Below are positions 36,770 to 44,447 of a stretch of DNA of 64,000 nt, one piece after another (position 1 is the stretch's first letter; every line of letters starts with the position of its first letter). A program made the translations under genes and the position numbers. The notes below the pieces were generated by a model. It saw nothing but the letters and a program-made list of their open reading frames with translations. It had not been told where the DNA came from and ran no database searches. The stretch comes from an uncultured Anaerolineales bacterium. GTDB lineage: Bacteria; Chloroflexota; Anaerolineae; Epilineales; Epilineaceae. The stretch covers positions 22,274 to 86,273 of the forward strand of contig CAZJWJ010000006.1 in assembly GCA_964549495.1 (NCBI GenBank), given 5' to 3'.

Positions 36770-37366
36770 CTAGCCCGAGGTCCAGACGCGACCGACCCGA
36801 TCGGTGTAGGCCGTGTAGGCATCGCCGAAGTGCTCGCGCATCATGGCCTCCTCCGGTCCGATCCGCCCGAACCACAGGGCGGCCGCCGCGAGCAGGCCGC
36901 CGGCCGCGACGAGCCCGTTGTGCAGCAGCAGTGGCTGGGCCAGGCCCCAGACCCACAGCGCGAGGTACATCGGGTGGCGGGTGCGGGCGTAGATGCCGCT
37001 CGTGACCAGCTCGTGGTGCTCTCGGATCTCCAAGCTCTTGGACCAGTTCGTGCCCAGATCCGCCATGGAGCGCCAGAGGAGGGCCAAACTGAGCGCCAGA
37101 CCGACGGTGCCGAGCGCAAGGCCCGACCCCTGTAGCGATCTGGGCAGGCGATAATCGGCCGCGTCGAGCCAGCCGGTGAAGACGTAGAGCAGCGGCAGGC
37201 CGGCCCAGCCGATGCCCAGGACCGCTATCGACAGCGACTCCCGCAGGCCGATGCGCCGGTCCACGACCTTGTCGCGGCTGGCGCGCAGCTCATAGGGCAT
37301 CCGCATCAGGCTGAAGGCCAGCAGGGCGATCAGATAGATCCAGCGGCCGGCATCGAGATCGGGCAT
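36770..37366 (-). CDS. ICMT/PEMT-family membrane methyltransferase (second copy)
   Basis: LVTSGIYARTRHPMYLALWVWGLAQPLLLHN ... EEAMMREHFGDAYTAYTDRVGRV, with 4-5 TM helices. Confidence 0.75.
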   Translation of the reverse strand: MPDLDAGRWIYLIALLAFSLMRMPYELRASRDKVVDRRIGLRESLSIAVLGIGWAGLPLLYVFTGWLDAADYRLPRSLQGSGLALGTVGLALSLALLWRSMADLGTNWSKSLEIREHHELVTSGIYARTRHPMYLALWVWGLAQPLLLHNGLVAAGGLLAAAALWFGRIGPEEAMMREHFGDAYTAYTDRVGRVWTSG

Positions 37367-37500
37367 GCGCGTCTCCCATGGGGGCTCGAGGACTTCGAGG
37401 TCGAAGCGGTTAGCGGAAGGGGAAGCGAACCAGCCGCCTCGGGATCCGAGACGGCCGGACGTGTCGCTTCACGGGCGAACGAGCTGTCGGAGTCTCGCGT

Positions 37501-39306
37501 CTAACCCTCGTCTTCCTCCGAGCCCTCGTCGCTCTCGTCCTCGTCGCCGCTCTCTTCGGACTCGTCGGTGTCGCCGTCGTCGCCGGTCTCATCGGATGCA
37601 TCCGCCGCGTCGGCGTCCTCCACATCCTCCGCGTCCCCCGACTCTTCGACCATCCCCGGAGCGTCCTCGGTCTGGTCGCCGTATCGCTCCTCCATCGCCT
37701 CGCGGATGCGCGCGGCCTGGTCCTCGGCGCCCTCCTCGAACCAGGCGTGCTCGGGGCGGGCCAGGATCTCCTCGATGACCGCATCCACCGAGTCGGCCTC
37801 GGCTTCCAGGCCGGCCTCGCGGCTTTCCTCGAGGATCTCCCGGGCCATGGGGATCAGCTCCATGTAGAAGCGCTCGGCCACCTCGTACATGCCGTGCCAG
37901 TGGGTGTAGTCCGGGGCCATCATCGAGGCGCCGTGGCGGGCGCGCCGGCCCTCGTGGTGCCAGAGGTAGAACCAGGTCCACTCGATCTCCTCGTCGAAGT
38001 CGGTGGGTGTGCGCAGCTGGGCGTCCTTCAGCGCGTTCATGATGGCCAGGCCCGGCTTGGCGAACTTCTCATTGTAGAGGATCACCAGGTCGTCGTACTG
38101 GGTGTAGAAGCTGTTGACGTAGTCCGGCGTGTGGCAATGCGAGCAGACGTCCTTCATGCGCTGGCGCTTGTCGGCGGCCGAGTCGACCACCAGCGCGCGG
38201 CGCAGCTCGGGATCCGTCTCGCTGACGATGGCGTGGTTCTCGTCGGTGTCCATCACCGCGCTGACCGGCGGGCGGTTGGTCCAGCTGATGCGCTCGCCCG
38301 GGTCGTGGGTCACCTTGCCGTCGTTGCGGCTGTGGCCGGACATGTGGCAGGTGGCGCAGGTGGGCGCGGCGGCGTAGTCCTCGCCCAGCACCCACTCGTC
38401 CGCGTCCAGGTTCATGTCGTCCTTCAGGTCGCGGTAGGCCACGCCGTGCTTGGACTCCTCGTAGATCTCCTTTTGCGGATGATCCGGACCCAGGTGGCAT
38501 TTGCCGCAGTTCTCGGGCTGGCGGGCGCGCCGGGGCGAGAAGTCGTGGCGGCTGTGGCAGGCCGAGCAGGAGCCGCGCGAGCCGTCCAAATTCAGCCGGC
38601 CGATGCCGGTGTTGGGCCAGGTGCCGGCGTGGAAGATGGGCCGGCCATCCCGGTCATCCCGCGCGATCTGCGCCAGCACCGCCACGTTGGTCGGCTGCCC
38701 GCTCTCGTCCGGAGCCAGATCGTCGACCGTGATCATCTCGCCATCCACCGACTGCAAAGCCACCTTCGAGCCATGGCATTGCTGGCAGCCCGAGAAGGCG
38801 CTGGCCGTGCCGTTGACCATGTCGACCTCTTTACCCGGCGTCGGCGAATGCGGGTTGAAGGGCGCCCGCGCGCCCTCGACCGTCTCGGCCAGGTAGTTGT
38901 CCAGCGAGGCCAGGATGTTGCCGCCGGCCGCGTGATGGCTGGCCTCGAACTCGGCCGCCTCGGTCTCATGGCAGCGCGAACAGTCCTTCGGGGTGACGAT
39001 GGTCGCGATCTGCGCGCCCTCGTGCCAAAAGCCGTCGGCATCGCCCTCGGCCGCCTGATGGCAGTCGACGCAGGCCACGCCCGACTCGGCATGCGGGCTG
39101 CCCTCCCAATGCTCGATGATGCCCGGATTCTCCTCGAGGTGGCAGTCGACGCAATCCGCCGAGGCCTCGGGCACCGCCACGGCGGCCTGGCTGAGGCCCA
39201 CCTCGGCGCGCTTGCGCGCCGTCTCCATGTACTGCACCAGGATCAGGGAGAGCAGGAAGAGGCCCGACAGGGCGGCGATGATCCAGCGCTTGGCATCCAG
39301 CGACAT
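37501..39306 (-). CDS. Membrane-anchored HAO-family octahaem cytochrome c with polyacidic C-terminal tail
   Basis: One N-terminal TM helix (WIIAALSGLFLLSLILVQY). Eight CxxCH motifs (CVDCH, CVDCH, CSRCH, CQQCH, CSACH, CGKCH, CATCH, CSHCH). HAO-like context CSACHSRHDFS..CGKCHLGPDHPQKEIYEESKHG. The last ~48 aa are almost entirely D/E/S/G. GAGGGAG SD. Confidence 0.85.
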   Translation of the reverse strand: MSLDAKRWIIAALSGLFLLSLILVQYMETARKRAEVGLSQAAVAVPEASADCVDCHLEENPGIIEHWEGSPHAESGVACVDCHQAAEGDADGFWHEGAQIATIVTPKDCSRCHETEAAEFEASHHAAGGNILASLDNYLAETVEGARAPFNPHSPTPGKEVDMVNGTASAFSGCQQCHGSKVALQSVDGEMITVDDLAPDESGQPTNVAVLAQIARDDRDGRPIFHAGTWPNTGIGRLNLDGSRGSCSACHSRHDFSPRRARQPENCGKCHLGPDHPQKEIYEESKHGVAYRDLKDDMNLDADEWVLGEDYAAAPTCATCHMSGHSRNDGKVTHDPGERISWTNRPPVSAVMDTDENHAIVSETDPELRRALVVDSAADKRQRMKDVCSHCHTPDYVNSFYTQYDDLVILYNEKFAKPGLAIMNALKDAQLRTPTDFDEEIEWTWFYLWHHEGRRARHGASMMAPDYTHWHGMYEVAERFYMELIPMAREILEESREAGLEAEADSVDAVIEEILARPEHAWFEEGAEDQAARIREAMEERYGDQTEDAPGMVEESGDAEDVEDADAADASDETGDDGDTDESEESGDEDESDEGSEEDEG

Positions 39307-39337
39307 GCTCTTGTCTCCCTCGATCTCGAATTGCGGA

Positions 39338-40390
39338 TTAATGCTCGACCAGCGCTTCCCAGACCGTCAGGGCCACGATGGCCACGACGCCCAGGATGCC
39401 GATCCAGGTACTGGCTTCCTCGAGGCGCGTCCAACGCCGGATGGCCGCGTCGATGAAGGGCCAGGTGAACATCACGAAGACCACCAGGCCCATGCTCAGG
39501 ACCGCGGCCGTGCCGGAAAAGAGCTTGAGCCAGCGGAAGGCGACGTAGAAGAACCACTCCGGCTTGATGACCTCCGGCGTGACCAGCGGGTTGGCCGGCT
39601 CGCCCAAGAGGGCCGGGAAGATGGTGGCCAGCGCGCTGAGCAGGATCATCAGCACCAGGCCGATGATCAGCTCCGTGTAGAGGTGGTCCGGGAAGAAGTC
39701 GAAGGTCCTCTCCCGCTCCTCCTCCGTCTCGCTTTCGAAATGCAGGTCGGTGACGCCCTGCAAGCGGATGATGGCGATGTGCACCACCACCAGGGCCGCG
39801 ATGGTCACCGGCAGCACCGCCGCGTGCAGCACGTAGAAGCGCGACAGGGTGAGCTGGTTGTAGCTATCGCCGGCCAAGAGCATGCGCTTGGCCATTCCGC
39901 CGACCACCGGCACCGTGTCGGCGATGTTGGCGCCCACCGTCGCGCCCCAGAAGCTCAGCTGCTCGTAGACCAGGCTGTAGCCGGTGAAGCCGGTCATCAG
40001 GGTGGCGATGAGCAGGCACATGCCCACCATCCAGTTGATCTCGCGCGGCTTGCGGTAAGCGCCGGTGAAGTAGACCCGCATCTGGTGCAGGATGACCGCC
40101 GCGATCATCAAGGTGGCGGCCCATTTGTGCACGCTGCGGATGTACCAACCGAAGCTGGCCTCTTCGGTGATGTAGCGCACCGACTCGTAGGCCGTCTCCG
40201 GCGCCGGCTGGTAGTAGAAGGCCAAGAGGATGCCGGTGACGATCTGGACCACGAAGAGGTAGGCCGGCGTGCCGCCCAGCGCGAACCACCAGCGCTCGAG
40301 GTGATGCGGCACCGGCTCGTTGGTCAGCGTGCGCAGATCCTCGCCGGAGACCGGCAGTCGCTGGCCGAACCAGTCGCGCAGCAGCGTCAC
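39338..40390 (-). CDS. Cytochrome b (b6 + subunit IV fused) of a Rieske/cyt b complex
   Basis: Haem-ligand His pairs SVHKWAATLMIAAVILH (14 apart) and VLHAAVLPVTIAALVVVH (15 apart, b6-like). Qo motif PEWFFY. The GTG start overlaps the Rieske stop (GTGA) with a GGAGG SD. The track start at 40981 is rejected. Confidence 0.85.
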   Translation of the reverse strand: MTLLRDWFGQRLPVSGEDLRTLTNEPVPHHLERWWFALGGTPAYLFVVQIVTGILLAFYYQPAPETAYESVRYITEEASFGWYIRSVHKWAATLMIAAVILHQMRVYFTGAYRKPREINWMVGMCLLIATLMTGFTGYSLVYEQLSFWGATVGANIADTVPVVGGMAKRMLLAGDSYNQLTLSRFYVLHAAVLPVTIAALVVVHIAIIRLQGVTDLHFESETEEERERTFDFFPDHLYTELIIGLVLMILLSALATIFPALLGEPANPLVTPEVIKPEWFFYVAFRWLKLFSGTAAVLSMGLVVFVMFTWPFIDAAIRRWTRLEEASTWIGILGVVAIVALTVWEALVEH

Positions 40391-40941
40391 GAGCGTCGAC
40401 CTCCGCGCTCGGCCGAGGAGTCTTCGGCCAGACGCTCGGTGGGCACCTGGATGTAGAGCAGGCCCGAGCGGAGTTCCAGCGGATAGCGCGGCAGCGACTG
40501 GCCGGCCTCGGCCGGCGGCCCTTCGGTGGCCACGCCCGAGGGGTCGAATACCCCGTTGTGACAGGGGCAGAAGAAGCGATCGTTCTGGGCCTGCCAATGC
40601 ACCTGGCAACCCAGATGCGGACAGACGCTGGAGAGCGCCACGAAGTCCTCCACGCCGCCGGCCTCGCCCTGGCGGGCGATGTTGATCGTCTCGCCGTTGG
40701 GCGCGCGGTACATCATCGCCGCGCCCGGCGCCAGCTCGTCGGCGCGGGCCAGGAACATCCACTGCCGCGCCGGATCGCCCGCCGGGTAGAGGTAGCGCAT
40801 CGCCAGGCGCGCGAAGTTGCCGTAGCCGGCCACCAGCCCCAGGCCCATCGCCACTCCGGACAGCCGGGCCAGAAAGCCGCGCCGGCTGCTGCCCGCGCCC
40901 GGGTCGGACGGGGCGGAAGAAGGCTTGTCGCTCGGGTCCAT
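40387..40941 (-). CDS. Rieske [2Fe-2S] subunit with Tat signal
   Basis: Twin-arginine motif SRRGFLARL. Cluster boxes CPHLGC and CPCHNG. ATG at 40941 is preceded by GAGGAGG; alternative ATG at 40977. Confidence 0.9.
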   Translation of the reverse strand: MDPSDKPSSAPSDPGAGSSRRGFLARLSGVAMGLGLVAGYGNFARLAMRYLYPAGDPARQWMFLARADELAPGAAMMYRAPNGETINIARQGEAGGVEDFVALSSVCPHLGCQVHWQAQNDRFFCPCHNGVFDPSGVATEGPPAEAGQSLPRYPLELRSGLLYIQVPTERLAEDSSAERGGRRS

Positions 40942-41039
40942 GCGCGCCTCCTCGGGTCCACGGGTCTCGTCGAGCATGCATTGTTCACGGCATCTTTTTG
41001 CTGTCAAGCGTAAGCAAAATACCCCTTCCGTGCCGCTCA

Positions 41040-41053
41040 TTGCGCTAGCGCAA
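41040..41053. promoter_or_regulatory. Perfect palindrome TTGCG-CTAG-CGCAA, candidate Crp/Fnr(NnrR/Dnr-type) box in the divergent promoter
   Basis: The 14-bp perfect inverted repeat TTGCGCTAGCGCAA fits the TTG-N8-CAA family pattern and the TTGCG-N4-CGCAA variant described for NnrR. It lies between the Rieske start (40941, -) and the sco1 start (41137, +). Confidence 0.4.
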
Positions 41054-41136
41054 AGACGCACCTTCTTGCTGGCGATAGGCTGGTCTCGAGGTCGAGTTCC
41101 GAAGATCCGGTCTCGAGGATGGCGAAGGAGGCGGTC

Positions 41137-42162
41137 ATGACCTCGGAGGGTCCGAGCAAGGAGATGAGCGTGGCGCAGGTCCTGGCCCGGTGGCCGGAGA
41201 CCACCGCCGTGTTCCTCTCCCTGAGAACCGCCTGTCCGGGCTGTGCCCTGTCCCGTTTCTGCAGCCTGTCCGACGTGGCCCGCGAGTACGCGCTGCCCGT
41301 CGAAGAGATCCTCGAACGCCTGCAGGAGGCCATCGCCAGTCGAGTCGACGCAGCCGAGGGCTCGGAGGCATCGGCCTCCGAGCGCGGCCCCTCGATCGAC
41401 GACCCCTTCGAGAGCCCGCGGCGCTCGCTCCGGGCCGCGGCGGCCATCCTGCTCTTGGCCGGCCTGATCCAAGCCTGCGGCGGCATGGCGGATCCCCCTC
41501 CCGGAGCGGCCGTGGACGAGGCCGGCGCGCGGGTCGCGGCGGCTTCCGATCGGAGCCCCTCCGGCGACCCCGCGGCGATCGACGAGCAACCGGCATCGGA
41601 TCCGTCGCCGACCCCGGCCGGCCTGCGCGGCGAGCCGATCCTGCCCGAGCGCCCGGCCCCCGACTTCCTGCTGCAGGGTCCGGGCGGTGCCGACTGGCGC
41701 CTGTCCGAAGCTCGCGGTCGCGTGGTCGCGCTCTTCTTCGGCTACACCCACTGCCCCGACGTCTGCCCGCAGACGCTCAACCGGGTCCGGCAAGCCCTGC
41801 TGCAGCTCGATGACGACCAAGCCGCCGAGGTCCTATCGGTCCTGATCACCGTCGATCCCGAGCGCGACAGCGCCGAGCGACTCGAGCGCTACGTGACCGG
41901 TTTCGGTGCGGGCTTCGTCGGACTGCGCGGCTCGCCGGAGGCGATCGCGGACGTGGCCGCGGGCTACGGGGTTCGCTACGAGAAGGAGCTGCCCGATGGC
42001 GCCGACCCGCAGGTCGCCGCCGAAAACTACAGCGTCGCCCACTCCGGCCGGGTCTTCCTGATCGACGCGGCCGGCCAATTGCGGACCAGCTTCATCGGTC
42101 CCTTCACGCCCGAAGAGATGGCGCAGGACCTGCGCCTCTTGCTCGCAGAGCGCCGGCCCTGA
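41137..42162 (+). CDS. SCO1/SenC copper chaperone with N-terminal DUF1858-like domain and TM anchor
   Basis: N-terminus MSVAQVLARWPETTAVFLSLRTACPGCALSRFCSLSDVAREYALPVEEILERLQ (DUF1858-like). TM AAAILLLAGLIQA. SCO1 core ALFFGYTHCPDVCPQTL ... YSVAHSGRVFLID. ATG at 41137 has an AAGGAGG SD; alternative ATG at 41119. Confidence 0.8.
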   Translation: MTSEGPSKEMSVAQVLARWPETTAVFLSLRTACPGCALSRFCSLSDVAREYALPVEEILERLQEAIASRVDAAEGSEASASERGPSIDDPFESPRRSLRAAAAILLLAGLIQACGGMADPPPGAAVDEAGARVAAASDRSPSGDPAAIDEQPASDPSPTPAGLRGEPILPERPAPDFLLQGPGGADWRLSEARGRVVALFFGYTHCPDVCPQTLNRVRQALLQLDDDQAAEVLSVLITVDPERDSAERLERYVTGFGAGFVGLRGSPEAIADVAAGYGVRYEKELPDGADPQVAAENYSVAHSGRVFLIDAAGQLRTSFIGPFTPEEMAQDLRLLLAERRP

Positions 42163-42178
42163 GATGGCCGGACGCTTG

Positions 42179-42235
42179 GATCACCGATCTCGAACCGTTC
42201 ACCGAACTCGATCACCGATTCCGATCACGAGGAGG
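42179..42235 (+). repeat. Direct 13-nt repeats G(A/T)TCACCGA(A/T)YYC immediately upstream of nosZ
   Basis: GATCACCGATCTC (42179-42191), GTTCACCGAACTC (42197-42209), GATCACCGATTCC (42210-42222), and a partial GATCACGAGGAGG (42223-42235) that runs into the nosZ SD. Confidence 0.5.
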
Positions 42236-42241
42236 AATGCA

Positions 42242-44329
42242 GTGAAACGCGCAATGACCATCATGGCCCTGCTGTTGGTCGTGCCGGCCCTGGTCTTCGG
42301 CTGCCGGAGACAGGACGTCGACACCAGCGGTCAGCCCCGCCCCGAAGAAGCCCAGACGGGCGCCGGCGATGCCCGACCGGGCGCCGGTGCGGCCGTCTCC
42401 GGGCTGAGCGACACCGCGGCCGACATCGCCGCCGAGCGCGGCCTTTCACCGGATGACGTCGAGGCCGCCCTCAAGACCTTCATGCCTTCGGGTACGCACG
42501 ACGAGTACCTGATGTTCGCCTCGGGCGGCCATAGCGGGCAGGTGCTGGTCATCGGCATGCCCTCGATGCGCCTGCTCAAGGTCATCGCCGTCTTCACGCC
42601 CGAGCCCTGGCAGGGCTGGGGCTTCGGCGCCGACGGCACCGACGCGGTGCTGGACGGCGGCGACGTGCGCGAGGGCCGCCAGGTGCGCTGGGCCGACACC
42701 CACCACCCGGCGCTCTCGGAGACCGAGGGCGACTACGACGGCCAGTTCGTCTTCATCAACGACAAGGCCAATGCCCGCATCGCGGTGGTCGACCTGCGGG
42801 ACTTCGAGACCAAGCAGATCGTCAAGAACCCGGTCAGCGACGTCGACCACGGCGGTGCCTTCGTCACCCCCAACACCGAGTGGATCGTCGAGGGCGGCCA
42901 GTACGCCACGCCGCTGGGCTTCGAGTACGCCGGCCTGGACGAGTACGACGAGCGCTACCGCGGCCACGTCACCTTCTGGAAGTTCGACCGCGAGGCGGGC
43001 CGCATCGACATCGAGCAGAGCTTCGCCATGGAGCTGCCGCCCTACTGGCAGGACCTGAGCGATGCCGGCAAGCTGGTCAGCGAGGGCTGGGTCTTCCTCA
43101 ACAGCTTCAACGCCGAGCGCGCCACCGGCAACGATGGCAGCGAGAACGGCGTCAACTTCGAGTCCGGCGCTTCGCAGAACGACATGGACTACATGCACCT
43201 GATCAACCTCGATCGAGCGGCCGAGGTGGCGGTGTCCGGTCCGACCACCGAGATCAACGGCATGCCGGTCATCTCGATGGACACCGCCATCGAAGAGGAC
43301 CTGCTCTACCTGATGCCCGAGCCCAAGAGCCCGCACGGCGTCGACGTGACGCCCGGCGGCGACTACCTGGTGGTCTCCGGCAAGCTCGACCCGCACGTGA
43401 CCGTCTACAGCTGGGAGAAGATCCAGGCGGCCATTGGGGCCGGCCAGTGGGACACGGACGACTACGGCCTGCCGATCCTGCCCTTCGACGACGTGGTCGA
43501 GACCCAGGTCGAGGTCGGTCTGGGCCCGCTGCACACCCAGTTCGACGGCCAGGGCTACGCTTACACCAGCCTCTTCCTGGACACCGCCGTCGCCCGCTGG
43601 AGCCTGGGCGGGGACTACACGCCCGAGGGCCAGGAGCCCTGGAGCCTCATCACCAAGACGCCGGTGCAGTACAACGTCGGCCACCTGGCGGCCGCCGAGG
43701 GCGATACGGTCAGCCCGGACGGCAAGTTCCTGGTCTCGCTCAACAAGTGGGCCGTCGACCGCTTCCACAACGTCGGCCCGCTCCTGCCGCAGAACTTCCA
43801 GCTCTTGGACATCAGCGCGGGCGGCACCGACATGCCGGTGATCTACGACATGCCCATCGGCATCGGCGAGCCGCATTACGCCCAGATCATCAAGGCCGAC
43901 AAGCTCTCCGGCTGGGAGACCTACCCCGAGGTGGGCTGGGATCCGCTGGAGCAGGCGCCGGCCGAGAACGCGGCCATGCCGGGCGAGGAGCGCGTCGAGC
44001 GCGACGGCAACCAGGTCGAGATCTACATGACCGCCATCCGCAGCCACTTCACGCCCGAGCGGGTTCAACTGCGCCAGGGCGACGAGGTGACGCTGCACAT
44101 CACCAACATCGAGACCGCCCACGACGCCACGCACGGCTTCGCCATCACGGCCTACGGCGTCAACCTCTCGCTGGAGCCGGGCGAGAGCGAGACGGTGACC
44201 TTCACCGCCGACGAGCCGGGCGTCTTCCCCTACTACTGCACCGAGTTCTGCTCGGCGCTGCACCTGGAGATGCTGGGCTACATGCTGGTCGAGCCGGCCG
44301 AGGCGGCCGCGCAGGCCATCACGCCCTGA
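42242..44329 (+). CDS. nosZ: Nitrous-oxide reductase, Sec/lipoprotein-type signal (clade II / atypical)
   Basis: CuA site HDATHGFAI...YYCTEFCSALHLEMLGYMLVEP. N-terminal propeller DEYLMFASGGHSGQVLVIGMPSMRLLKVIAVF. The signal VKRAMTIMALLLVVPALVFGC has no twin-arginine. GTG at 42242 follows GAGGAGGA. Confidence 0.95.
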   Translation: MKRAMTIMALLLVVPALVFGCRRQDVDTSGQPRPEEAQTGAGDARPGAGAAVSGLSDTAADIAAERGLSPDDVEAALKTFMPSGTHDEYLMFASGGHSGQVLVIGMPSMRLLKVIAVFTPEPWQGWGFGADGTDAVLDGGDVREGRQVRWADTHHPALSETEGDYDGQFVFINDKANARIAVVDLRDFETKQIVKNPVSDVDHGGAFVTPNTEWIVEGGQYATPLGFEYAGLDEYDERYRGHVTFWKFDREAGRIDIEQSFAMELPPYWQDLSDAGKLVSEGWVFLNSFNAERATGNDGSENGVNFESGASQNDMDYMHLINLDRAAEVAVSGPTTEINGMPVISMDTAIEEDLLYLMPEPKSPHGVDVTPGGDYLVVSGKLDPHVTVYSWEKIQAAIGAGQWDTDDYGLPILPFDDVVETQVEVGLGPLHTQFDGQGYAYTSLFLDTAVARWSLGGDYTPEGQEPWSLITKTPVQYNVGHLAAAEGDTVSPDGKFLVSLNKWAVDRFHNVGPLLPQNFQLLDISAGGTDMPVIYDMPIGIGEPHYAQIIKADKLSGWETYPEVGWDPLEQAPAENAAMPGEERVERDGNQVEIYMTAIRSHFTPERVQLRQGDEVTLHITNIETAHDATHGFAITAYGVNLSLEPGESETVTFTADEPGVFPYYCTEFCSALHLEMLGYMLVEPAEAAAQAITP

Positions 44330-44447
44330 CCCGACGACTTTCTCTCCTCCAAGCCGCGCGTGGGGGATGGGACCGCTCCCGTCCCCCACGCCGGCCGGGC
44401 CCGAGCCGAAGCCCGGCCGGCGGCGCTCCAACCGGGAGCCTCAGGAC

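Noticed and set aside
36089-37366. C-terminal Cys motifs (GCP*, SCPAAG.., PCPGG..) as CaaX-like substrates of the adjacent ICMT-like methyltransferases
   Set aside because: None of the termini fits C-a-a-X. No prenyltransferase or CaaX protease is present in the window. Adjacency occurs for only one of the three vWA proteins.
39338-41820. Extended N-termini of the cytochrome b (to 40981) and Rieske (to 41820) track ORFs
   Set aside because: The extensions overlap the neighbouring genes or the divergent promoter and are low-complexity. Internal starts with SD sequences (GTG 40390, ATG 40941) give proteins of canonical length.
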